Shown piece by piece: positions 25,225 through 37,316 of a stretch of DNA of 64,000 nt. Under the pieces are notes generated by a model. It was not told the DNA's origin and made no database searches. It was given only the letters and a program-made list of their open reading frames with translations. The position numbers and the translations under genes were made by a program. The stretch's first letter is position 1. The number at the start of each line of letters is the position of its first letter. This DNA is from Mobula hypostoma (Eukaryota): assembly GCF_963921235.1 (NCBI RefSeq), contig NC_086108.1, forward strand, positions 73,348,001-73,412,000, written 5' to 3'.

Positions 25225-27641
25225 GTAAGTTGTATTTAGACCCCAAAAGGGTAGTAAGTAGGTGGTCGATAAATTACAACGGGAGATAGAAAATACATGC
25301 CAAAAGGGTGATGTTACAATAGTCATGGGGGACTTCAACATGCATGTAGATTGGGAAAATCAGATTGTTGCTGGATTACAGGAGGGGGAATTTCTAGAAC
25401 GTCTACAAGATGGCTTTTTAGAGCAGCTTGTGCTTCAACCCATTAGAGGATTCTGGATTGAATGTTGTGCAATGAACCAGAATTGATTAGAGAGCTTAAG
25501 GTAAAAGAACCATTAGGGCAAATGATCATAATATGATCGAATTTTCCCTGAAGTTTGAGAAGGAGAAGCTAAAGTCAAATGTTTCAATATTACAGTGGAG
25601 TAAAGGCAATTACAGAGGCATAAGAGAGGAGTTGGCCAGAATTGATTGGAAAAGAAAACTGCCAGGGATGACGGCAGTGCAGCAATGGCTGGAATTTCTG
25701 GAAGCAATTCAGAAGCCACTGGATATATACATCTGAACGAGGAAGAAGTCGTCTAAAGACAAGATGACACAACCATGGCTAACAGGGACAGTCAAAACCA
25801 ACATAAAAGCCAAAGGGAGAGCGTATGATAGAGCAAAAATTAGTGAAAGCTAGAGGATTGAGAAGCAACAGAAGCCAACTAAAAAAGACATTAAGAAGGT
25901 AAACATGAAACACAAAAGTAAGCTAGGCAATAATATTAAAGAGGATACAAAAAGTTTCTTCAGATACATAAAGTGTAAAACAGAGGCAAGAGTGGATATT
26001 GGACCACTGGAAAACGATGCTGGGGAGGTAGTAATGGGGACAAGGAAATGCAAGATGGACTGAATAAGTATTTTGCATCAGCCTTCACTATGGAAGACAC
26101 TAGCAGTATGGTGGAAGTTTACAGGTGTCGGAGTCAAGAAGGGTGTGGTTACCATTACTATAGAGAAGTTTCTTGGGAGACTGAAAGGTCTGATGGTAGA
26201 TAAGTCACCTGCACCAGAGTGTGTACAACCCATTGTTCTGAAAGAGGTGGCTGAAGAGATTAGGGAGGCATTAGTAATGATCTTTCAAGAATCACTAGAT
26301 CCTGAATAGTTGCGAAAGACTGTAAAATTGCAAATGTCACTCCACTCTTCGAGAAGGGAAAGAGACAGAAGAAAGAAAACTATTGGCCGTTTAGTCTGAC
26401 CTCAGTGGTTGGGAAGATGTTGGAATCAATTATTAAGGATGATGTCTCAGGGTACTTGGAGGCACTTGATAAAATAGGCCTTAGACAAGCTGCCACACAT
26501 GAGGCTGATTAACAAGCTACAAGCCCATGGTATTACAGGGAAGATTCGAGCATGGATAAAGCAGTGGCTGATTGACAGAAGGTAAAGAGTGGGAACCAAG
26601 GGAGTATTTTCTGGCTGGCTGCCAGTGACTAGTAGTGTTCCCAAGGGGTCTGTGTTGGGATTAAATTTTTTTACATTATATGTCAATGATTTGGATGTTG
26701 GAATTGACGGCTTTGTTCCAAAGTTTGCAGATGAAATGAAGCTAGGTGGAGGGGCAGGTAGTATTAACAAAGTAAAGATGCTACAGAATGACTTAGGAGA
26801 ATGGGCAAAGAAGTGGCAGATGGAATACAGTGTCAGGAAATATATGGTCATGCAGTTTGATAGAAGGAGTGAAAGTTTGACTATTTTCTACATGGAGAGA
26901 AAATACAAAAAACTGAGGTGCGAAAGGACTTGGGAGTCCTTATGCAGGATTCACTGAAGGTTAATTTGGAGGTTGAGTTTGTAGTGAGGAAGGAAAATGC
27001 AGTGCTAGCATTGCATTTCAAGAGGAGTAGAATATAAAAGCAAGGCTGTAATGTTGAGATTTTAGAAAGCACTGGTGAGACCTCACTTTGAGTTTTGTGA
27101 GCACTTTTGGGCCCCTTATCTTCAAACGGGCATGCTGAAACTGGAGAGGTTTAAAGGAGGTTCATGAAAATTTTTCCAGGATTGAATGGCTTGTCATATG
27201 AAGAGTGTTTGATTGTTCTGGGCTTGTGTTCACTAGAGTTCAGAAGAATGAAGGTTGACTTCATTGAAACCTATCAAAAGGTGAAAGGTCTTGATAGAGT
27301 GGATGTGGAGAAGATGTTTCCTGTGGTGGGAGAGTTTAAGATCAGAGGACACAGACTCAGAATAGAGGGGAGTCCTTTAAGAACGGAAATTAGGAGGAAT
27401 TTCTTCCACCAGATAGTGGTGAATCTGTGGAATTCTTTGCCACTGGCAGCAGTGGAAACCAAACCTTATGTATATTTAAGGCTGATGTTGCTAGATTCTT
27501 GATTGGTCAGAGCCTGAAGGAATACGGGAGATGGCAGGAAATTGGGGCTGAGAGGAAAATTGAATCAGCCATGATAAAATGACAGAGCAGACCCGATGGG
27601 CCAAATGGCCTAATTCTGTTCCTATATCTTTTGGTCTTATA
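25225..27641 (+). mobile_element. Degraded CR1 (partial APE + RT, internal deletion ~26478)
   Basis: VMGDFNMH, MIEFSLKFEKE, SSVPKGSVLG, KFADE; tail TCTTTTGGTCTTAT. Confidence 0.9.
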
Positions 27642-28149
27642 ATGGATGCTGCTTTCCATGTAGTGTTGAAGAGTATGTGTGTAATCCACAACACATTACT
27701 TATCAATCCTAACCAGAAGTGCAGAAAGTGGTGCTAGTTCTTTGAGCTCAAACTCTAAGTTTATGGAGAGAATGAAATTATTGCAGTGCCCTGGTTTCTG
27801 AGCGCTTCTTCAAGAGGCATTCACTGTATTGTTACAGAAAGAGCAGAAGGTGAGGGTGTGTGTTGCCATCACACAGGATAGACGCAGAATCTTGGTAGCG
27901 CAGAAATCTTCCCAAGTAAGTAGCACTTTCTAATTAACTTTCAGATATGAATATCAGGTTGGGTGAATAATGCGGTATCAATCAAGCCCCCCCGCCCCCG
28001 GCGGGGCAGGAAGATGAATGTAGAAACACAGTACACACAGTGGATCATCAGTTAGGGCAAAGCTGAACATGCCAAATTATGCTTCCTGAATGGTACATTG
28101 ATAAAGTAAATATTATCACCAAGGACCCTAGATGTCCCAGTAGATACTG

Positions 28150-28775
28150 CAGAATCAAAATCAGGCTTATTGTCACAGTCTTATATGATGTGAAATTTAT
28201 TCTCTTGCAGCAGCAGTACTGTGCAAAACACGAAAATTACTGTAAATTACAAAATAAGTAAAGAGTGCACAAACTGGAATAAAAAGATTAGATTCATGGA
28301 CCATACAGAAATATAATAACAGAGGGGAAGAAATTGTTCCTCTGTCATTTTTTCTGTGGGTCTTCAGCTCCTCTGTCTCCTCTGTGATGACAGTAATGAG
28401 AAGAAGATGGTGGGGGCCCTTGATGAAAGATGGATGTTGCCTTCTTGAGGCACTGCCTCTTGAAGAAGTCCTCAGCGGTGGGCAGATTTTTTCCATGATG
28501 GAACTGGCTGACCCTACAGCCCCCTGCAGATGTCTATGATCCTGTGCAGTGGAGCACCCAGAGTAGGCAGAATGTTCTCCACCATACATCTAGAGAAATT
28601 TACAAGAGTATTTGGTTTCATACCGAATTTCCTCAAATTCCTGATGAAATAGAGACACTGGCATGCCTTCTTCATGATTGGATCAATGTGTTTGGCCCAG
28701 GACAGAGCCTTGGAGATGCTGACTCCAGAAACTTAGAGCTGCTCATCCACTTTCCACCACTGACCATTCAATAAG
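28150..28775 (-). mobile_element. Degraded Rex/Babar LINE 3' part
   Basis: CSTAQDHRHLQG C-terminal region; tail (GATTTT/GATTCT) at ~28150. Confidence 0.65.
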
Positions 28776-29089
28776 AAGTTATAATCCATGCAAGCACATA
28801 GTAGAAAATGTGTTGAGGAACTTCAGACAGAGTTTCAGGAATTACAAAAAAGATTAAAATCACAAATAAAAATATCTTTTGGATTATTCCCAAAGGCATG
28901 TATTTGAAACAAATAAAGAGTAGAGAAAAATGTGTAACTGGAATACTGAGGGTTTCAGATTTCCAGGGGACTGAAGCTAATTCTGGGAGAACAGATATCA
29001 ATGCACAATGGGCAAGTGGCTTCTGCATGACTCAAGATCAATATCCTTCTTTAATGATTAACTGATACTTATATGTAGAGTTTAAATAG

Positions 29090-30578
29090 TAAACACCTAT
29101 ATGTATCAATGGTGCTGAGTTGGAGATGGTTGAGAGCTTTAAATTCTTTGGTGTAAATAGCTTGCCTTAGGCCAAGCACTTAGATGCAGTGGACAAGGAA
29201 TCACACCAGTGCCTCTTCCTCCTCAGAAGGCTCAAGAAATTTGGCATGTCCCTGATGGCACTCAACAGTTTTTATAGATATACTATAGAGAGGATTCTAT
29301 CTGGATGCATCACAGCTTGATATGGCATCTGATCTGTCCAATACCACAAGAAATCACTGAGAGTTGTGAACACAGCCCAGTCTATCATGAAAACAAGCCT
29401 CCCCTCCATTGACTCTGCTTACACTTCCCACTTCCTTGGGAAAGTAGCCAACATCATCAAAGACCCTTCCCACTCCAGTCATTTTCTCTTCTCACCACAG
29501 CTGCTGGGCAGAAGATACAAAAGTTTGAAAATGCGCACCACCATGTACAATGTTGAGCATGTGACTTCAGGTAAGATGCCAGTGCATTCAGATAGAGCGG
29601 CTTCTATGGGCTCAGCCAAAAGTGTTATTGTCTTTTTCAATGTATTATTTATGACCGCAAGACCCTGCAGGTTTACTCCATCAGTGAGTTGCTCACTGGC
29701 CAAGAAAATGAAGGAGCTGAACTTGGTACAGACCATGATGCTGCTTGCGACAGAGAGGCATGGGTGCGTAACGGGGGCGTGCAGTCTTACTGCGAGTGAT
29801 TGGCTTAGTCAATTTCCTTGTGATCACAAGACCCTGTTGGACTCTGGTAGTGTGGAATGCTGCAACGGAGGCGGATGCCCAGGGAGCTGTGTGGCCACAG
29901 TTGTACTGAAGAGTTGGCCTCAAAAAGAAGTGTTGCCTGTTTGCAACCACCCAAGGGGAGGCATGGGTGTCGGGCACTCCACCGGAACGCTGAAGGCAAC
30001 ATGGTGCAGCATCCATCCATGCTTCAGTCAGTGTTCACTCAGCAGAAGACAAGCTATCATGTGTATGACTGAAGACTGCTGCAACATTCATGGACCCAGG
30101 GACTTGTACTATACTTTCTCTGTGACTGTATTTTGCTGGTACCTACAGAATATGTATTTGCTCTCTCATATGAGCTATATGTGCCTTGTGCTGTGTATGA
30201 CTAAGGCACTGTGTTTTGCACCTTGGCCCCAGAGTAACACTGTTTCATTTGGCTGTATTCATGGGTAATCATGTAATGACAATTGAATTTGAATTTGAAC
30301 TTGAAGAACTGCTTCTGTCCTGTTGTTACAAGACACTTGCATGATGAACAAGTACTCTTGATCTCTCAACCCATCTTGTCATGGCCTGAGCACTGTATTT
30401 TCTTATCTATACTCCACTTTCTCTGCAACTGTAACATTATTTTATGCATTCTGTTATTGCTTTTCTTTTCGTACTGGCTTAATGTACTTATGATTGGGAT
30501 GATCTGTCTAGATGGCATGCAAAACAAAGTTTTTCACAGTATTCTAGTGCATGTGACAATAATAACCCAAAAACCAAC
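29090..30578 (+). mobile_element. Rex/Babar LINE 3' part, interrupted by a non-autonomous element at ~29545-30303
   Basis: SFKFFG, LRRLKKFG, VNTAQSI..LPSID, IIKDPSH, GRRYKSL; resumes at KNCFCP after the insert. Confidence 0.75.
29562..30303 (+). mobile_element. Non-autonomous retroposon (ACTTCAGGTAAGATG head, (TTGAAT)n tail)
   Basis: Interrupts the host RTT|..KNCF motif; tail TTGAATTTGAATTTGAACTTGAA. Confidence 0.6.
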
Positions 30579-33047
30579 CACCTGAATGATTCACTGAATC
30601 ACAGAAAGATTACTGTGTAAGGAGTTACCATTCAGTCCATCGAGTCAATACTAGTCCAGTATAAAAGCAATCAAGTTGGTTCTGCAACCTCCAAGTCCTT
30701 ACTGAGTTACCTTCTTAATGCCTCAATTGAATCTGCTTTCACTACTGCTGACCCCCCTAACCCTACCATCACTCCTAGGAGTGGCATCCGTGAACTAACC
30801 ATATAGACAACAAACATTAAACATTCACCATGGCAGCTCCCTTAAAAGAAAAATATAGCAGCCCTAAAAAAAGATAAAGTGGTTGAGAACCTCACTTCTG
30901 AGGAGAGATTAGAAAATGACCAAATGAGGTTTTCATGATGATTTGAGAACTTTGTCGAGTATATGAAAAAATATAATTCCCTCTGGAAAATGGAACAATT
31001 ACTAAAGGTCAGAAATTCATAATTATCAGCAAATAATCTAAAAGGGAATGTTTTACTTCATCAACTGGATCTGGAAAATTATACCTGAAATGATTATGAA
31101 AGCTGATTTCATGTGTAATTTAACAGGAAGCTGTGCAGATACTTGAGAACGAGAGCAAACATGGTTGTAGACAAAACTGCATGGAACATCATGTCACAAT
31201 GAGCTAAATAGCCACCATCTGTACTAGCATCAGAAAAAAAACACAAATCATGCATGAAAATCCGCCTGAGCCGCTTGAAAAATTACTTAAGTATTTCACT
31301 TAAAGAATAGTTCACATTATCAATACTCAAATGATATACTAGCCTCATTCATCTATTCAAGTACTAGAAGGAGGCTTAAATTGGCCACCTCCTCTCTCAG
31401 AGAGCAAATTAGTACAGCCTGCGTCAAACCAGCACTCTGCTATGCATAACTCAGGTAGAACAAAGGTTTGTGATTCTCATTTACATGACTTGGCAAGTTG
31501 AATATTTTGCCAAGTGTTGAGCAAAAGATCTTAATGTGAAGCATCATATTGTTTAAAATTTATCAAAGGATAGCCCTTTGAAAAATGGTCTTTTGTTTGC
31601 ATTTGTCCACAAATGCTAATTTCTTAACAGTGGTATGAAATTCAAGCACACAATGCAAATAAAGCTAATTAATTTACATAGGCAGCATGATTATGAAGAG
31701 GTGTTCATTGATTGGAGATTACTTGGAAGACAGCTAAGTGTCTGTTCTATATAGTTGCCTTCATTTGTCAGGATGTAAATTATCTTTATTGGATTGCAAA
31801 AATATAGACATATAAGAATAAGATTGCAAAAGATTTTTTTTGTGCTAATGCTATTCTCCTAGCCTCAGATGGTTGTAAATTCAGTTCTTTGACATATTTC
31901 TGCCTTTTCCAGACATAATTTCATTTGACTTGGTTGAACTTTCTCTCTGAAAGCCACAGCCCATGTAACGTCTCTAATTTGAATGGGACAAGGATTTAAG
32001 AAAGTGTCATTCAGAAAACTTCTTCCAGGTTGAGGCACTTGTAATAAGAAGTTTCAAATTTAGAATTCTAAACACTGATTGCATTTGTGTTGTACTTATA
32101 TTTCATAGGCTTTCAGCCTTCGTGATTTCCCAGCATTATGTTCCAGCCTAATTCCATTTGTTACTGACTATGCAAGTTTGCCAAATCTTATTTCATTTAG
32201 TGTCTTGGAAAGAAAGCTATGTCATAAGAAGTTGGTTGTTTCTGGCTTGAAGCCAGGAACAAACATCAAAAATTATCTCTGAGGATTTCAGTTTTGCCAT
32301 GTCAAGGCTCTTTCAAATTCACCCAAAGGATGTTTGGACAAAAGATCTACTTTAGCTGAAATAAAGAATTAAATATCTCAGGGCACAATTCAAATTCTTG
32401 GCTAACAAAACTATTCGATTCTGCTGAAAAACGTTTACAAAACATATATTTCTCAAATGCCAAAAGCCATATGCTGCAAAGAACTTTTCCACTCATCAAT
32501 CTTTCCTCAAGGCTTGAAAGAGGATATGATCCTAATAGGGCATTTTTAAACATTTTAATGAACATTGTAATAAAAAAGTAGGTTCAAGACCTGTTTTATT
32601 GCTTGCTGTTAATTCACTTAAGAATGAAGGAGACATCTGGTGTTGGCTAATGGGTATTTCTTGGGGCAGTTCCATAAAGTCAATTTCTATGTTGATATTC
32701 AGGTATTATATTAACACAAGCAGATCCACCAAGCCTTGGGAAAGAAAGCTATAGCCAATATTTTTATTCTGACTTTTGTTAGTGCTAGCTGTTGGCAGAG
32801 TCATATATTGTGTTTATGGCAGCAGATGACACTAGAGCTGGGTGCTGTCTACACGGACGTGCATATGTTGAGAAGAGATAAATATAGCACTGATGTACCA
32901 AGATAAACACCAGTAATTCAAATACTTTTTTTAGGAAAAAACCATTACTTTAGTGTTGCCTATATTCCAAGTTTTTCCTAGTTGAGAGATTGAGCAAGCA
33001 CTGTTTTAATAGTTAGACACTTGAAAATGTGTGCACTGGTAAATTCT

Positions 33048-33321
33048 GGCGGTGGCACGGTAGCGTAATGGGTTAGCACAATGCTTTACAGTACCAGGGA
33101 CCCAGGTTCAATTCCCACTGCTGCCTGTAAGGAACTCCTGCGTTATCTCCCTGACCGCATGGTTTTACTCCAGGTTCTTCAGTGTCCAAAGACGTATCAG
33201 TTGGTAGGTTAAGTAGTCATTGTGAATTTTCCTGTGATTAGGCTAAGATTAAATCTAGAGACTGCTGAGAGGTGCTGCTTGAAGAGCCTGTTCCGTGCTA
33301 TATCTCAGTAAATAAATAAAT
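33048..33321 (+). mobile_element. tRNA-derived SINE (V-SINE/HE1-like)
   Basis: A-box-like TAGCGTAATGG, B-box GGTTCAATTCC, (TAAA)n tail. Confidence 0.75.
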
Positions 33322-33815
33322 TGATATATTCATCAGCACCTCACTTTCCACTTCTGCAATGAAGTATTTGTTACTGAAATTAATAGTTTCACAATCTTGG
33401 GTGCCATCTTGTTTTTGAATACTTTTAATTTTTGATAATGCCATATCCTATCTTTCCAGGAAAAGCAGAAGAAATAGCTAAAAAAAAATAGGTGTACTGT
33501 CCATTTTAATTCATTCATCCTGAATCCTACGTACCCCTACTGTAGGATCCAAATGTTTTTGATCTATTTCGGAATGCTTTTACAAAAATCAGTTGCACAT
33601 GGGGATCACAAAGAGTGGAGGGAATTCTATCTTCTGCTGATAGTGTGTAACAGATAATTAGTGTGTTTTATATATCACTCCTTATTTTCCCTTCTAGGCA
33701 AAATTTGTAGGTGAGCCACTGTCAATAAAAGATATAACAATTCTCTTGGATGAGGAATTTACTAATTTCAATTGCGCATTTATATTTTATTAGAACATAA
33801 TTAATTAATTAGTGA

Positions 33816-33862
33816 TCTGTTTTATACTGTGACTAATTTTATTTGTCACAGTATAAAACAGA
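33816..33862. repeat. Perfect 18-bp inverted repeat with 11-nt loop
   Basis: TCTGTTTTATACTGTGAC-taattttattt-GTCACAGTATAAAACAGA. Confidence 0.95.
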
Positions 33863-34126
33863 ATTCCAGATTTTTCCCTTCTATTCCCTTTATTATCTCA
33901 TATAAATGGAAGAAAAATGAGTGATCTGAGACATAACTAGGTATCTTTTCACTTTACAGAGATTGACCAGTTGTTTAATACCCCACCAGTATTACATTCA
34001 ATCATAAAAGGAATAGCTGAAGACTACATTGGACCAATTCACACTCTAGGTTTCCATTTTGAATAGGTTTGCTTTGGTAGAATATGCTAATTAATAAACA
34101 TCTGTACACAAATATAATTATGTATG

Positions 34127-34565
34127 TGTAATGCCCTGGTTCATATTTTTATTGCTACGCTGCATGTATTTCATTTAGCAGTTCTGTAAGAACTGTCTGT
34201 TCTGCTGTCAACCTGTTTGGGTTATTGTTGAAGTTAAGGGATGATGAGGAATGTGTGCCATCCAATTAGGAAGGTAGAACTGAGAGAAGGTTTCTCTGGT
34301 GAGGGACACTGAGGTTGGGCTTGGAGCATATGTTTGGCAGGAGATGAAGAGAGAAGATGCTGGAGCAAACAGGTTGTAGGGATTCGACCTGGAGTGGAAC
34401 TGTGATTCGATGAAGCAAGGAGCGATGATCGATTGAGGATCAGTGAATATGGTGAAGCATTGAGCTCTAACGTGCACATTTGACTATTTAATTAAAATGG
34501 GCCTTTTTAAAATTTTTTTACTAACCCTTTAGTTAAATTAAGATTCATAAATATAATTGCTTTAA
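34127..34565. mobile_element. Possible truncated LTR
   Basis: Abrupt start TGTAATGCCC and LTR-like composition; no CA end or TSD found. Confidence 0.35.
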
Positions 34566-34569
34566 GATC

Positions 34570-35636
34570 ACTTTCACTAAAGTATGAGGAGCATTTGATA
34601 GTTCTAGGCCTGTACTCGTGGGTGTTTAGAAAAATGCGGGGTAATCTCACTGAAATTTATTGAATATTGAAAGGCCTAGATAGAGTGGATGTGGAGAAGA
34701 TGTTTCCTACAGTGGAGGAATCTAGGACATAAAATCATAGCTTCAGAACAGGCGGGAGGAGAAGATGGCAGTGCGACACAGTGCGTGCAGCTCTCCAGTG
34801 AAATAATATTGTATCTGTTAAATAGGGGCCGTGGACAATTCTGATTTGATGAAGACAGACGTGAGAAGCAGAGGAACATCTGGAGAAATTTCTGAAATGC
34901 CTGGTTTGCTACTGTTGTTACTGTGCAATTGAGAATCTCTGGAGGGTAGACCCCAAAATCCACGGCTTTGCCTGCTGCTGGCGACCTAGGCTGAGGTCGA
35001 AGCATTCGGATAGAGATGGTGCTTGGTACTCAGTGTCGGAGGGCTGATCAGAGCTCGAAGTTTTCAGACAACTCAGAGTCGGACTGTGGTCGGGCATGGA
35101 AGGGAGAGTTTTCTTCCTTCTCCCGTCTGCGTGAGATGTGGGCCTTCCGAGAAACATTGAACTTTTTTACTGTGCCATGGACTGTTCTTCATCAAGTTAT
35201 GGTATTGTCACACTGTTGTAACTATATGTTATAGTTATGTGGTTTTGTTAGTTTTTCAGTCTTGGTCTGTCCTGTGTTTTGTGATATCACACCGAAGGAA
35301 TATTGTATCATTTTTTAATGCATGCATTACTAAATGACAATAAAAGAGGACTGCATGTCCTCATAATCTAATCTAATCTAATCTAAAAAAAATCCCTTTG
35401 GGAAGAAATTTCTTCAGCTAGTGGGTGCTGAACCTGTGGAATTCATTGCCACAGACAGCAGTGGAGGGCAAGTCATTGGGTATATTTAAAGTAGAGGTTG
35501 ATATGTTCTTGACAGCAAGGGCATCAAAGATTACAGGAACAAGGCAGGAGAATGGGGATAAAATATCGGCCATGATGGAATGGCAGAGCGTACTCGATGG
35601 GCTGAATGGCCCAATGCTTTTCCTGTTTTATGGCCT
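34570..35636 (+). mobile_element. CR1 3' fragment split by the insertion at 34757-35385
   Basis: LKGLDRVDVEKMF before the insert and LNLWNSLPQ after it. Confidence 0.8.
34757..35385 (+). mobile_element. Non-autonomous retroposon (AAGATGGC head, AATAAA + (AATCT)n tail)
   Basis: Interrupts CR1; no coding capacity; tail at 35365-35385. Confidence 0.7.
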
Positions 35637-36107
35637 CAAAACGAGGGTCAGCTTAGCTCTATGGAAAGTCATAACAAGATCTGCTGATGGCTGAAAAAAT
35701 CCTTTATTCTATTGAAATGACAGTAAGACAACCATCAAGTCATTGACCATCCTGTAGCTCTCTGAACTAATCTCATTTACCAGCACTTGTTCTGTGGCTA
35801 TTGAGACCATAAGACACAGGAGTGGAATTACGATATTTTGCCCCCTTGAGTCTGCTCTGCCTTGGCTAATTTAATTTCCCTCTCAACTCTATTCTCCAAC
35901 TTTCTCCCTGTAACCTTTTATTCAAAGCTATGCCCTCTGGTCCTAGACTCTCCTACCAACGGATACAATCCTATACATCCTACATACATACACTCAGCCC
36001 AGGCCTTTTAATATTTAGTATGTTTTAATGAAATTCCCCTGCACTGCCCCCATTCTTCTAAACTCCAGCAAGTACAGGTCCAAAGCCATCAAAAGCTCTT
36101 CATACAT

Positions 36108-37316
36108 ACAGGTAGTGTTGAGGAAACAGGTAGGAAGCAATAAGACTTAGACAGATTAGGAGAATGAGCAAGAAAGCGGCAAATGAAATATAATGTTAGA
36201 AAATGCATGGTCATGCACTTTGGGAGTAGAAATAAATGTGTGGACTATTTTCTAAGTGGCGTGTGGCCAAGTGGTTAAGGCATTGGACTAGCGATCTGAA
36301 GGTTGTGAGTTTGAGCCCCAGCCGAGGCAGTGTGTTGTGCAAGGCACTTAACCACACACTGCTCGAGTCCATCCAGCTGAAAATGGGTACCGGCAAAATT
36401 CTGGGAGTTAACCTCGCGATAGATTGGCGTCCTATCCGGAGGTGGGAGGGGAGAGTCTCGTACTCTCAGTCGCTTCACGCCACGGAAACCGACATAAGCA
36501 CCAGCCTGATTCGCCTATAAAGCTCGGGACAGACTTTAACTAGCTAACCATTTTCTAAGCGGGGAGAAAATCCAAAAATCTGAGATGCAAAGGGACTTAG
36601 GAATCTTGGTGCAGAATACCCTAAAAGTTAACTTGCAGGTTGAGTCGGTGGCAAGGAAGGCAAATGCCACGTTAGCATTCATTTCAAGAGGTCTAGAATA
36701 CAAGAGCAAGGATGTGATGCTGAAGCTTTATAAGACACTGGTGAGGCCTCACCTTGAGTATTGTGAACAGTTTTGGGCCCCTCATCTTAGAAAAGATGTG
36801 CTGGCATTGGAGAGGGTCCAGAGGAGGTTCACAAGGATGATTCCAGGAATGAAAGGGTTATCATATGAGGAACGTTTGATGACTCTGGGTCTGTACTCAC
36901 TGGAATTCAGAAAGATGAGGGGAGATCTCAATGAAACCTTTCGAATATTGAAAGGCCTAGACAGAGTAGATGTGGAAAGGATGTTTCCCATGGTGGGAGA
37001 GTCCAGGAAAAGAGGACACAGCCTCAGGATAGAGGGGCGCCCTTTTGAAAACAGAGATGCAAAGAAATTTCTTTAGCTAAAGGGTGGTGAATTTGTGGAA
37101 TTTGTTGCCACCTGCAGCTGTGGAGGCCAGGTCGTTGGGTGTATTTAAGGCAGAGATTGATAGGGTCTTGATTGGACATGACATCAAAGGTTACGGGGAG
37201 AAGGTTATATACTGGGGTTAAGGAGGGGAAAAAAGGACCAGCCATGATTGAATGGTGGAGCTGACTTGATGGGCCAGATGGCCTAATTCTGCTCCTATGT
37301 CTTATGGTTTGTGGTC
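36108..37316 (+). mobile_element. 5'-truncated CR1 nested in CR1
   Basis: QRDLGILV, LVRPHLEYCEQFW; tail TCTTATGG; candidate TSD TACAT (36103-36107, 37317-37321). Confidence 0.88.
36257..36549 (+). mobile_element. tRNA-derived SINE inserted in CR1
   Basis: A-box TGGCCAAGTGG, degenerate B-box GAGTTTGAGCCC; TSD ATTTTCTAAG at 36247-36256 and 36550-36559. Confidence 0.9.

Noticed and set aside
29366..30268. 300-aa ORF as a novel gene
   Set aside because: Chimeric: the first ~60 aa are the Rex ORF C-terminus and the rest reads through an inserted non-coding retroposon
36257..36330. tRNA gene
   Set aside because: tRNA-like head continues into a SINE body with tail and TSD; B-box is degenerate
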